This document shows positions 1 through 9,571 of a stretch of DNA of 64,000 bases, piece by piece (the first letter of the stretch is position 1; each line of letters opens with the position of its first letter). A program made the translations under genes and the position numbers. This DNA is from an uncultured bacterium (GTDB lineage Bacteria; Patescibacteriota; Patescibacteriia; CAIQCM01), in the NCBI GenBank assembly GCA_963708045.1, contig OY970181.1, positions 643,740-707,739 on the forward strand, given 5' to 3'. Below the pieces are notes generated by a model, which made no database searches, had not been told where the DNA came from, and saw only the letters and a list, made by a program, of their open reading frames with translations.

Positions 1-24
1 GGAAATAGTAACTACTTGATTTAT

Positions 25-462
25 ATGTACCAATGTTCAATTCACGATCACTCCCTTAGGTTCTCGCGGGCAATTTATGGAATTTTGGTACTCGTTGGTT
101 TTTTTACAAAAAATTATTGGTACGTTTTGGCGGTTATAATTATGCTGGCTTTGGGCGCGATTGACATTAAACTGAACGTCCCATACAACTTAAATCTTTT
201 TTTTACCAAGTACGTTTTTAGAAAATCTTTTGTCCCGATTAAGAAAGATTCGTCCGAATTAAATTTTGTTTCTGGTTTAACGGGTGCTTTCTTGCTCATC
301 GGTTTTCTCTGCGTTTATTTCAACAAATTCGTTGCTTTTGGTTGGATTTGGCTAATGCTTATGTCGCTCTTGTTGTTCTTGGCTTGTTTTGCCGGATTCT
401 GTATCGCCACCTTAAGCTACGCGGTGTTTATTAAATTGATCAAAAAAAATGCCCGAAGATAA
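25..462 (+). CDS. DUF4395-like membrane protein
   Basis: Several hydrophobic segments and C-terminal ACFAGFCIA motif; overlaps the kinase start; ATG at 25 preferred over TTG at 16. Confidence 0.6.
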   Translation: MYQCSIHDHSLRFSRAIYGILVLVGFFTKNYWYVLAVIIMLALGAIDIKLNVPYNLNLFFTKYVFRKSFVPIKKDSSELNFVSGLTGAFLLIGFLCVYFNKFVAFGWIWLMLMSLLLFLACFAGFCIATLSYAVFIKLIKKNARR

Positions 463-1642
463 AAAAAGTTGCATCAACTATTGCTCGGGAGGTGCTTGTC
501 CGAGTAAATTAGGTTGCCCAAATTACGTCAATAAAAATTGTTTTACCGCCCGAACCATTAACGCGCCGCCAACCAAACGGTGCCAGTATTGCAATCTAAA
601 ATTTTATCAATGTTTATTTTTTCAGTACGCCGTAATTACTTTGGGTCTGGTTTCGTTGTTGCTCGGTATCGCTTATTGGCTTGATCGGGAAATCACGACC
701 TCGGTCACGGTTGTGGTTTTTGGTCTGGTTATTGTTTATGGATATTTTTTCAGCCAAAGCACCGGGAAAATAATTGAGGCAAATTTTTCCGAAAAGCAAG
801 CCAAAGAGGCACTTCAAGAACTAGCTGACCATCTTGAAAATAAGGTCAAGACGCAAACGCGCAATCTAGAAGAAAAAAACAAAAACTTGGAAAAGTTACT
901 CCAGATGCGTTCTGAGTTTTTGGATTTAGCTTCGCATCAGCTGCGAACGCCGGTTGGTGTAATTAAAAATATTATGGAAATGATGGATAACGGTGACCTG
1001 ATGCATTTGTCGCCCAGTGTTAGAAAAAGTTATGTTCATAATGCTTTTGAAAAAAGCTTAAAATTAAAAAAAATTATTTCCGATATTTTAGTAACTTCCG
1101 AATTAGACACGGCTACTTTTAAGGTGAGTAATAAAAACGCTCAGACTTTGCAGGTTGAGAACTTGGTAGACAAGGCGGTCTCCGAGATGAAGTTTGAGGC
1201 CGGACAAAAGAATATCGCTTTGGATTGGCAATTTCCCAAAAAACCCCTGCCGCCAGTTGCTGGTTATGAACACTATTTGAGCTATGCTATTTTCAATCTT
1301 ATTGATAACGCTGTAAAATATACGCCTTCAACGGGCGAAAACTCGGAAACGCGAGACCGGCGCGATAAGCCGGGTTGGGTGAAGATAAAGTTAGGAGTCA
1401 AAGACCGAGAAGTAATTTTTTCGGTTGAAGATAATGGTATTGGTATTCCTCCAGACGAAACCGCCAATATTTTTAAAAAGTTTAGCCGCGCTTCTAATGC
1501 TCGTAAAATGTATACCGACGGCAGCGGTTTGGGGCTTTTTATCATCAAAGAAATTATTGAAGGTCATGGCGGAAGAGTTGGCGTAGAAAGCAAGCTAGGC
1601 GAAGGCTCAACTTTTAAAATTTACCTACCCATAAAAAAATAG
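449..1642 (+). CDS. Membrane sensor histidine kinase with Cys-rich N-terminus
   Basis: H-box ASHQLRTP, N-box NLIDNAVKY, G1 DNGIGI, G2 GSGLGL; two TM helices; 8 Cys in the first ~55 aa. Confidence 0.93.
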   Translation: MPEDKKSCINYCSGGACPSKLGCPNYVNKNCFTARTINAPPTKRCQYCNLKFYQCLFFQYAVITLGLVSLLLGIAYWLDREITTSVTVVVFGLVIVYGYFFSQSTGKIIEANFSEKQAKEALQELADHLENKVKTQTRNLEEKNKNLEKLLQMRSEFLDLASHQLRTPVGVIKNIMEMMDNGDLMHLSPSVRKSYVHNAFEKSLKLKKIISDILVTSELDTATFKVSNKNAQTLQVENLVDKAVSEMKFEAGQKNIALDWQFPKKPLPPVAGYEHYLSYAIFNLIDNAVKYTPSTGENSETRDRRDKPGWVKIKLGVKDREVIFSVEDNGIGIPPDETANIFKKFSRASNARKMYTDGSGLGLFIIKEIIEGHGGRVGVESKLGEGSTFKIYLPIKK

Positions 1643-1661
1643 TTTCCAATTATTAAATCAT

Positions 1662-2036
1662 ATGAAACCAAGAGTATTGTTTATTGAGGATGACCGGGAT
1701 CAGGTTAATTTATATAAAATTAAATTTGAGCTGGAAGGTTTTGACTTTTTTTACGCTTATGAGGGGGCAGGTGGCGTGGCGGCAGCAAAGGATAAAAATC
1801 CTGGGATTATTTTTTTGGATATTTTAATGCCGGACGAAAACGGTTTGGAGGTCTTAAAAAAGCTAAAAAACGATCCGGAAACCAAAAAAATTCCAACCGT
1901 TCTTTTTACTAATTTGTCCGATAAAAATTCCCGAGAAGAGGGGATTAAAATGGGGGCGGTGGGTTATTTGGTAAAGACAGACATCTCTTTAAAAGATCTT
2001 ATCGCATGGACAAAAGAGCACATTAAAAGTTGCTAA
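1662..2036 (+). CDS. Single-domain response regulator (receiver)
   Basis: IEDD, FLDILMP, LFTN and YLVK receiver motifs; follows the kinase. Confidence 0.93.
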   Translation: MKPRVLFIEDDRDQVNLYKIKFELEGFDFFYAYEGAGGVAAAKDKNPGIIFLDILMPDENGLEVLKKLKNDPETKKIPTVLFTNLSDKNSREEGIKMGAVGYLVKTDISLKDLIAWTKEHIKSC

Positions 2037-2082
2037 ATTTAACAAAATCGCATTCCGGTTGAATTCATTGACGTGCTAAAAT

Positions 2083-3135
2083 ATGAGAAAAATTTTCCTT
2101 TGTGGCGCGGTGGTGATTATTGTACTTGCTGGAGTTTTTGTGTTTATTTTTAATTCGCCTTATTTTTTAATACCAAAAGAAAAAATTCCGCTCGCGACCG
2201 CGACTTTGCCTTCGTCAAAAACCGATTCAATGTGGGGAATTGATTTTTCTCAGTCGCAAACCGAGTACTTGGGTTTAGACTGGAAAGAAACTTATAACGC
2301 AATTCTTGACGATCTTGGTGTAAAGGATATTAAATTACATACAAACTGGAATTGGGTTGAGGGTAAGAAAAATGATTTTTATTTTAACGATATTGATTGG
2401 CAGATTAAAAAAGCCGAAGAAAAAAACGCCAAGATAATTTATGTGCTCGGAATGAAAACTGGCCGCTGGCCGGAGTGTCATTTGCCTGATTGGGCGGAAG
2501 ATTCGTCAAAAGCAGACGTGCGCGCCGAACTTCTTAAATATATAACCGCCGTGGTCAGTCGCTACAAAGATTCAAAAGCTGTAGCTTATTGGCAAGTGGA
2601 AAACGAGCCGTTTTTAAAATTTGGCGGTTGTCCGTCTTGGTACTACGCAAAAGACAATTTTTTAAAAACGGAAATTGACTTAGTGCGTTCGCTTGATCCG
2701 TCGCGGAAAATAATCGTTTCCGAATCGGGTGAACTTTCGGATTGGACTGGGGCGGCCAAGCTCGCCGATATTGTTGGGGTCACACTTTATCGGAGTGCGT
2801 GGACAAAAGTTACGGAAACTTTTGGTTTTGAATCGTATTCGTTTAAAGTGCCGTCGTATTATGCTAAAAAAGCGGATAATATTAAAAAACTTTTTGGCAA
2901 AAATGTTATTTGTATTGAACTTCAGGCCGAGCCGTGGGCCGGAAAACCGCTTCCTTTGGCATCGCTCAAAGAGCAGTTAAAATCAATGAATTTGGCGATG
3001 TTTAAAGAAGACGTCGCGTTTGCGAAACAAACCAACTTGGACAAGTTTTATTTTTGGGGTGTAGAATGGTGGTATTGGATGAAAGCAAAGCAAAATCAGC
3101 CAGAAATTTGGAATGAAGCCAAAAAACTTTTCTAA
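2083..3135 (+). CDS. Membrane-anchored clan GH-A glycoside hydrolase (GH42/GH5-like)
   Basis: N-terminal TM, WQVENEP acid/base motif, IELQAEPW, FWGVEWW; paralog of 57669-58709. Confidence 0.75.
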   Translation: MRKIFLCGAVVIIVLAGVFVFIFNSPYFLIPKEKIPLATATLPSSKTDSMWGIDFSQSQTEYLGLDWKETYNAILDDLGVKDIKLHTNWNWVEGKKNDFYFNDIDWQIKKAEEKNAKIIYVLGMKTGRWPECHLPDWAEDSSKADVRAELLKYITAVVSRYKDSKAVAYWQVENEPFLKFGGCPSWYYAKDNFLKTEIDLVRSLDPSRKIIVSESGELSDWTGAAKLADIVGVTLYRSAWTKVTETFGFESYSFKVPSYYAKKADNIKKLFGKNVICIELQAEPWAGKPLPLASLKEQLKSMNLAMFKEDVAFAKQTNLDKFYFWGVEWWYWMKAKQNQPEIWNEAKKLF

Positions 3136-3280
3136 CGGTTACTTAATGGTCGTGCCGAAATGTGTTTATTTAATACTGGTAATAGTTATCCCCACATACA
3201 AGTTGTATTCTGTGTTAAAATTAAATTGGCAAAAATATAATATTTTTTAATTCACCAACGAGGTGATAGTGCACATTTTT

Positions 3281-3865
3281 ATGAGAAAAATAATGAAACA
3301 ATTTAAAAATATCGGCCTCTGGAGCATAACGGCAATAATAACGATTGTGGCTAGTGGTATTGGCGGGGCAAATTATGCTTATGCCGCCAACAGTGCCACA
3401 CAGTCGGCCTCAACTGCGGCAGCTACAACTATTTCAGTTGTTGCCAAGACGGCCGATACCGATGTAACCACAATTACCTTTCCTCAGGGTTCTCCGGGTG
3501 CGACCGTCTCAACCCCGTACAACAACATTGATGACGTAGCTGATGCGCAGGTGTTGAGCGGAACCGTCAGCGAACCCGTTGTAAGATTAAAAAATACCTC
3601 AGCCGGAGCGCTTACTGTTACGCTCGCTATTACCTCATGGACTAGCGGTGTAGTGGCATCAGAAGATTACGAGTTAATTGCTCCTGCCACTACAACTGTC
3701 GCAACCTTGACCAAAGCACTGTCCACTGATGGTAGTGCAGCTAGTGTTGATACTACATATTCAATTGCCTCATCCGCATACGGCGCTCTTTATCTTGAAA
3801 CAGTTCTAAGTGGTTTAGCAAGCGTGACAGGAACATCTACACTGTCTGTTCTCGGAGAATCCTAA
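3281..3865 (+). CDS. Secreted small beta-rich protein, putative fibre/pilin subunit
   Basis: Signal peptide ending AYA; Ser/Thr/Ala-rich; mature domain aligns by eye with the C-terminal domain of 4583-9571; start uncertain (3263/3281/3293). Confidence 0.6.
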   Translation: MRKIMKQFKNIGLWSITAIITIVASGIGGANYAYAANSATQSASTAAATTISVVAKTADTDVTTITFPQGSPGATVSTPYNNIDDVADAQVLSGTVSEPVVRLKNTSAGALTVTLAITSWTSGVVASEDYELIAPATTTVATLTKALSTDGSAASVDTTYSIASSAYGALYLETVLSGLASVTGTSTLSVLGES

Positions 3866-3874
3866 TAAAATAAA

Positions 3875-4513
3875 ATGAAACTTATTCTTAAAGGAAATAA
3901 ATACTGCAAAAGTACAGGATTGTTGATACTGTTTTTCGGATTGCTGTTAATTTTGGGTTCTTCCGCACAAGCGACATCGGTAAACCGAATGTCGCTTGTT
4001 AATTTGGAAGCCAAACCGGGGCAGGTTATTAAGACGGAAATTACTCTAGAGGGTACCGATGGGGGAGAAAGAACTGGTTATTGGTATACAAATTACAAGC
4101 AAATAGATGGCGATGACGATAAAATGGATATTACTTCGTGGATTACGATTAGTCCAAAAGATTTTACTATCAAGCAAGGTGAAAAGTTGAACTTTACTAT
4201 TACTGTAAAGGTACCAAGAAATGCGACTAGTGGTCTCTGGGGCGCGACCGTAAAAGAAGCTGGGCAGGAAGGTCACTCTGCCGAAAGACGAACCTATGTT
4301 GTTTTTAAAGACGCCCCAGCGGGCGGCAATGTGTATTCGGGTTTATTAATTCCTGTTTCGGTCAAGGTTTCTGAAAGTGCCGACGCAGCAGCTGGCATTA
4401 TTAATTTCATTCTCAATAATTTACTTGTTATTATTTTGTCGGTGGTGATAATCGCAATGGTGGTTGTACAGTTAATATTGAAAAAAAAGAAAAAACCAGC
4501 CGTCAAACGGTAG
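3875..4513 (+). CDS. DUF916-like Ig-fold protein with signal peptide and C-terminal TM anchor
   Basis: AKPGQVIKTEITL, SWITISP, FTITVKVPRNATSG patterns typical of DUF916/PapD-like folds; TM followed by KKKKK. Confidence 0.6.
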   Translation: MKLILKGNKYCKSTGLLILFFGLLLILGSSAQATSVNRMSLVNLEAKPGQVIKTEITLEGTDGGERTGYWYTNYKQIDGDDDKMDITSWITISPKDFTIKQGEKLNFTITVKVPRNATSGLWGATVKEAGQEGHSAERRTYVVFKDAPAGGNVYSGLLIPVSVKVSESADAAAGIINFILNNLLVIILSVVIIAMVVVQLILKKKKKPAVKR

Positions 4514-4582
4514 TTAGAATCTGATTTTGACTGCCGCGTATTATTAAACTAGACAAACAAGCGTTGTTTTGTCGGTGTAATT

Positions 4583-7500
4583 ATGCTGGTAAATAAAAAG
4601 GCAAATATTATAAAAATTTTCAATCAGGGTCTTTTTCCAAAGACCCTGATTGTGATTTTAGTCATTTTCTTTTCGTTTTTTGGATCGTTAATACGACACC
4701 AGAATCAAAAAATGACCAACTCCGCCAAAACAAGCGACGTGCTTGTTGTTTCTGGTAATAGTAATTTTCGTGTTGATGAAATACCTGAGTTTCGCGTTGA
4801 TCTACCCAAAGGAACAACAGCGAAGACTAGTTTGTCAAAAGTTTTTGAAATATTCGGCGTTCGTACGACCTTGGCCGGGGATGTGGTAAAGAGCGAAGTG
4901 TCAAATTACTATGATCCAACAATAAAGCCGCAGACGGTTGCTGAGTTTGACGGCAATGGCGTTAAATTGACTGTTCCAAAACCGGAAACGCAATTTAGGC
5001 CGGGAAAATATTCCATTAAGATTGAATTTAACGCCGGTGACCAGGTTTTAAAAACGGAACGGGATTTTACTTGGGGCGTGCTGGCGGTGAACACCGACAA
5101 GTCGGTTTACTCGCCTGGCGAGACCGCTAACTTGCAATTGGGCGCGCTTACCGATGTAGGCAGCACTATTTGCCGCGGCAATCTTGAACTTGGCGTGACC
5201 GATCCGCAGGGCAAAACGACCGTTCTTTCGACTAAAGACGGTTCAATCGCCTTCGGCACCGAGTGCCGCGGCAACAACGTGACCGACAAGCCCGATTACG
5301 TCGCCAATTACTTTGTTATGGCGGTCGGTGAATATAAGTTGAAATTTACCAATCTTGATAACGGTTATTCAATTGAAGATCGTTTTGTATCGCAGAAAGC
5401 GGTTCCTTTCATTGTGGAGCGGATCGGCGCGACGCGTATTAACCCGACGCGCGCCGATTATGCGATGTCGTTTCGCATAACGGCCAACGAAGATTTTTCC
5501 GGTGACGTCAGCGAAACCGTTCCCGGGGGGTTTGTAATCAAGGAAACTGGAGATGCTATGGTGCAGGCGGTCGGGGAAACGAATGTGCTGACCTGGCGCA
5601 GTATCGCGCTTAAGGCCGGAGAGGTAAAGATATTGCGGTATGTTTATGACGCGCCCAACATTTCGCCAAAAATATACGAGCTCGGCCCGCTCAGCTTCAC
5701 GGAGAACGGAATTGTCCGATGGCAAGAAGCGCGACGCTGGCAAATAGCCGCCGATGCCACCAAAACCGCCGCCGGGACCGGTAACTGGAATACCGCCGCA
5801 ACCTGGTCGCCGAGCGGCGTGCCGGCTGCGGGCGACGATGTAATCATTATCAGCGGATACACCGTGACCATGAACGTTAACAACCCCGCCTCGCCCGCCA
5901 CCATAACGCTCGGCGGCGCAACGGCGGGAACGTTGTCAATGTCTCTGGCTAACACAAGTCTTACCTTTACGATCACGGGAAACGTGACCATAAACAGCAA
6001 CGGATCTTTCGTCGTCACCAATGCTACGGCCGCAAATACGCACACGGTCAATATCGGCGGAAATTTGGTCGAGAATGGCACCTTCGACATGGGTTCTGCC
6101 ACAGACGACTATGCGACGGTCGTCTTTAACGGCACGTCCGCGCAAACGATAAGCGGCACCGGTGCGACCTGCAGATTTTTCAGCCTTACCGCAAATAATT
6201 CGAGCGCTACAGGCTTAACGCTCGCGAGAAACGTGACAGTACAGCCGACCAGCGTGCTTACCACCACCATAACAGTATCGGCGAATCGCGTTTTTGATAT
6301 CGGCGCCTATACCATTGATCGATCAGCCGCTGGCGCCGGTTCATTCATCATTAACTCCGGCTCAACTCTTAAAATTGGCGGCACTGGCGATTTCCCAACC
6401 AATTACACAACCAACACCATAAACGCCGCAAGTACCGTCAATTATAACGGCACTACGCAAAGCGTGAACGCTTTCACGTATGGAAATTTACAGATCAACG
6501 GTTCGGGCACCAAGACATCGGCCGGAGTGATAACTGTTTCTGTTAATCTAACCATAGGAGATGGTGCAACTCTTTCGCATGGGGCTTATAACTTGACGGT
6601 GACTGGCACTTCAACGATCGGCGGGGGAACGAGCGGTGGCCTCACCCTGTCTTCGGCCACCGGCACCAAGCAATTCACCGGCGCGGTGACGGTCGCGAAC
6701 GGCGCGACCTGGAACAACTCCGGCAACTCGGCCGTTAATTTTCGCGGCGGACTCACCAATAACGGGACTTTCACTGCCGGCTCGGGCGTATATACCTTCG
6801 ATACCAATTCGCAGAACCTTTACGGAACCGTATCCATTCCCAACGTTACGGTCACCGGTGTTACTCTGACCAATAATAATTCGCTTACCGTCGGCACAGC
6901 GCTTTCCGGCACCGGCGGCGTGACCCAAGCGTCTTCCGCAAGCTTGACCATCACCGGCACGTCGGGCATAACGACGCTTACGGCCACGGCGAGCAGTAAC
7001 ACCGTCACCTATAACGGCAGCAGTCAGACTGTCAAAGCCACGACCTACTACACGCTTACTATGAACGGTTCGGGCACGGCCACACTCGGTGGTACTGTCT
7101 CGGCCACAACCTTGAATGTGTCGGCGTCCGTACTTAACACCAATAATCAGAGCTTGTCGGTGAGCGGCACGACGACCGTGGACGGGGGGCTCGGCATCAC
7201 CACCGGAACCTCGGGCACGATCAGTTTTGGCAACCTCACAATCAGTGCAACAGGCGCATTCAGCAACTCCGTCAATGACGATTTCAGTATCAGTGGAAAT
7301 TTTTCCAACAGCAACACCTTTTCTGCGGGGACGGGAAATACGGTCACATTGAATGGTGTTGGCGGCTCAACGCAGACCATTACTGGCAGCAGCACTTTTC
7401 CTAACCTAACGGCCACGGCTTCTTCCGCGCGCACAATCCGCTTTGCCGCTTCATCCACGACCACGGTTACCGGAACTTGGACAGTCGCCGGAAGCTCGGG

Positions 7501-9571
7501 ACAGCGCATAACTTTGACCTCCACAACTACGAGCCAGTGGAGCGTAAACCCGACCACCCCCGCGGTTTCCTATGTTGATTTGAACTACTCCAACAATATC
7601 AGTGGTTCTACCGCTTGCGCCACCTATTCGCAGACGACTAGCGGTAATAACACGAGCTGGATGATCTCTGACAGTGGTTCCTGTGTCAGTGTGCCGAATC
7701 CGCCGGTTTTATATCCTGACGATGGTGGTACTTATCAGGTCACCTTCAATAACACCCGGCAGTTTGACGCAACGCCTATCGTTCGCGCTTCGGCTACACA
7801 TACTGCAAGTTTCAACCGATTCCAAATTGAATTCAACGCGGCTTCGGATTTCGGCGGCACCGCCTACACCGAGACACTTTCTGGAACTTATTTGTCAGGC
7901 ACTCCTTATAACCTCCAGACTACCGGCACCTTGGGTCTGCCCACGACTGATGGGGTGACTTATTATGTCCGGGTGCGAGCCTCGGCTGACGGCGGCTCGA
8001 GCTACAGCGGCTGGTCTGCGTTGGTTTGGTCTTATACTTACAAAAGCTCGGGAAGCACCGATTGGTTTCAGACGACCGATGCACAGTTTAATACAGGGAC
8101 TTTCAGTTCAACCGAAACAACAGGTTCCGGTTCGGTCGGACTGTTAAGCGGTTCAATCGCGGAATTAAATATAATTCAGACGACAAAAGTTGAACCAACG
8201 GCAACGGGATCGTCGATTCCTTTTGTTTTAGGTTCTCAGCCGACTGTTGGCAATCTGCTGGTGGCGTTTGTTGGAAATTCTGATTATTCAGAAGACAGAA
8301 CCGCATCAGCTCCGGACGGAACCTGGACAAAAATTCAAGATCAAACAAGTTCCAATGTGCAACTTACGATTTGGTGGAAAATAGTTGGGGGAGGAGATGG
8401 GACGACATATACCTTTCCGGTCAGTGGGACGGTTGAATGGTATTCCGGAGTATTGTATGAAATTGAAGGCGCGGATTCAACTACACCTATAGATCAAAGT
8501 GCTGTAAATACCGGCTCACAAACCACACCAACCGTTACGCCGACTGTCATCGGTACCCTAGCCTTGTCATCATTAGAAACAGACGACGGCTCAACCGGCG
8601 GCATAACCCTTACTAGTATTAGCAGCGGCTGGACCGAAGATCAGACGGCACGGCCTTCATATCACACGACTTATGCGTCTTCGCGAGACGCTTTAACAAC
8701 CGATACGACAACAGCCATATCCAATGTCTATACTCTTTCCGGCTCACCAACTACTCCTGTTGCTGCAACTGTTTTAATCAAGCCTACTATTAATTCTTTT
8801 AGCTCCGGATCTGTTACGTCTCCGGCGATCAATTTTGATTCTGTTCCAAATTCAACAAGTTGGGGCACGGCATCATGGTCGGAAACGGAAACGAACGGTT
8901 CAATATCCATGCAAGTATATTATGATGCGGGCAGTGGTTGTAATACGATTATTCCAGACGGAGCACTTACTGGAAATAGTGCTGGTTTTGCGACTGGTCC
9001 TATTAATATTTCCGGCTTGAACACCACAACCTACGCCGATCTCTGCCTTAAGGCGACACTTTCTAATTCCACAGGGTCGCCGTATTTAAATGATTGGACT
9101 TTAAGTTGGTCCACCGGTCCATCAACGGCAATCGAGGTCAGGGCACAGAATTACACCACCCCGGTATCAAGCATTACTTTTCCACAAAGTCCTCCGGGCT
9201 CCGCGGTCACACAACCATATAACGACGTGAATGGGAGTGGTAGCTCACAAGCGTTCGGCAGTGCCGGGGTCGCCAAACCGGTCGTAACGCTCTATAATGG
9301 TGGCGCCGTCCCCCTGACCATTTGGTATAATATAACAACCTTCACGAATGGGATCGTTGCGAGTGAGGGGTATCTTGTAAATAACAAAGGAGCTGCTTGC
9401 GCGAATGCGGGTGCGATTACGGCGTCTGCGGTCTTTGACACGGATACAAGCACCGGCGTGACGATACTTGCCGGTGCGGGCAATGAAAAAGATCTTTATT
9501 TAAAAACAACGCTCAGTGGACTGGCAGCCGTAAGCGGCACCTCAACGTTGACTATTTTGGGTGAAACATGA
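4583..9571 (+). CDS. Large surface adhesin-like protein (1662 aa)
   Basis: N-terminal hydrophobic segment; MG2-like TDKSVYSPGE; Thr/Gly/Asn-rich beta-helix-like repeats (TV.YNG..Q.V); FN3-like YYVRVRA; C-terminal domain shared with 3281-3865. Confidence 0.8.
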   Translation: MLVNKKANIIKIFNQGLFPKTLIVILVIFFSFFGSLIRHQNQKMTNSAKTSDVLVVSGNSNFRVDEIPEFRVDLPKGTTAKTSLSKVFEIFGVRTTLAGDVVKSEVSNYYDPTIKPQTVAEFDGNGVKLTVPKPETQFRPGKYSIKIEFNAGDQVLKTERDFTWGVLAVNTDKSVYSPGETANLQLGALTDVGSTICRGNLELGVTDPQGKTTVLSTKDGSIAFGTECRGNNVTDKPDYVANYFVMAVGEYKLKFTNLDNGYSIEDRFVSQKAVPFIVERIGATRINPTRADYAMSFRITANEDFSGDVSETVPGGFVIKETGDAMVQAVGETNVLTWRSIALKAGEVKILRYVYDAPNISPKIYELGPLSFTENGIVRWQEARRWQIAADATKTAAGTGNWNTAATWSPSGVPAAGDDVIIISGYTVTMNVNNPASPATITLGGATAGTLSMSLANTSLTFTITGNVTINSNGSFVVTNATAANTHTVNIGGNLVENGTFDMGSATDDYATVVFNGTSAQTISGTGATCRFFSLTANNSSATGLTLARNVTVQPTSVLTTTITVSANRVFDIGAYTIDRSAAGAGSFIINSGSTLKIGGTGDFPTNYTTNTINAASTVNYNGTTQSVNAFTYGNLQINGSGTKTSAGVITVSVNLTIGDGATLSHGAYNLTVTGTSTIGGGTSGGLTLSSATGTKQFTGAVTVANGATWNNSGNSAVNFRGGLTNNGTFTAGSGVYTFDTNSQNLYGTVSIPNVTVTGVTLTNNNSLTVGTALSGTGGVTQASSASLTITGTSGITTLTATASSNTVTYNGSSQTVKATTYYTLTMNGSGTATLGGTVSATTLNVSASVLNTNNQSLSVSGTTTVDGGLGITTGTSGTISFGNLTISATGAFSNSVNDDFSISGNFSNSNTFSAGTGNTVTLNGVGGSTQTITGSSTFPNLTATASSARTIRFAASSTTTVTGTWTVAGSSGQRITLTSTTTSQWSVNPTTPAVSYVDLNYSNNISGSTACATYSQTTSGNNTSWMISDSGSCVSVPNPPVLYPDDGGTYQVTFNNTRQFDATPIVRASATHTASFNRFQIEFNAASDFGGTAYTETLSGTYLSGTPYNLQTTGTLGLPTTDGVTYYVRVRASADGGSSYSGWSALVWSYTYKSSGSTDWFQTTDAQFNTGTFSSTETTGSGSVGLLSGSIAELNIIQTTKVEPTATGSSIPFVLGSQPTVGNLLVAFVGNSDYSEDRTASAPDGTWTKIQDQTSSNVQLTIWWKIVGGGDGTTYTFPVSGTVEWYSGVLYEIEGADSTTPIDQSAVNTGSQTTPTVTPTVIGTLALSSLETDDGSTGGITLTSISSGWTEDQTARPSYHTTYASSRDALTTDTTTAISNVYTLSGSPTTPVAATVLIKPTINSFSSGSVTSPAINFDSVPNSTSWGTASWSETETNGSISMQVYYDAGSGCNTIIPDGALTGNSAGFATGPINISGLNTTTYADLCLKATLSNSTGSPYLNDWTLSWSTGPSTAIEVRAQNYTTPVSSITFPQSPPGSAVTQPYNDVNGSGSSQAFGSAGVAKPVVTLYNGGAVPLTIWYNITTFTNGIVASEGYLVNNKGAACANAGAITASAVFDTDTSTGVTILAGAGNEKDLYLKTTLSGLAAVSGTSTLTILGET

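Noticed and set aside
5369-9483. Many overlapping ORFs inside the adhesin gene
   Set aside because: Alternate-frame and antisense shadows of a biased-codon gene, with no motifs or RBS
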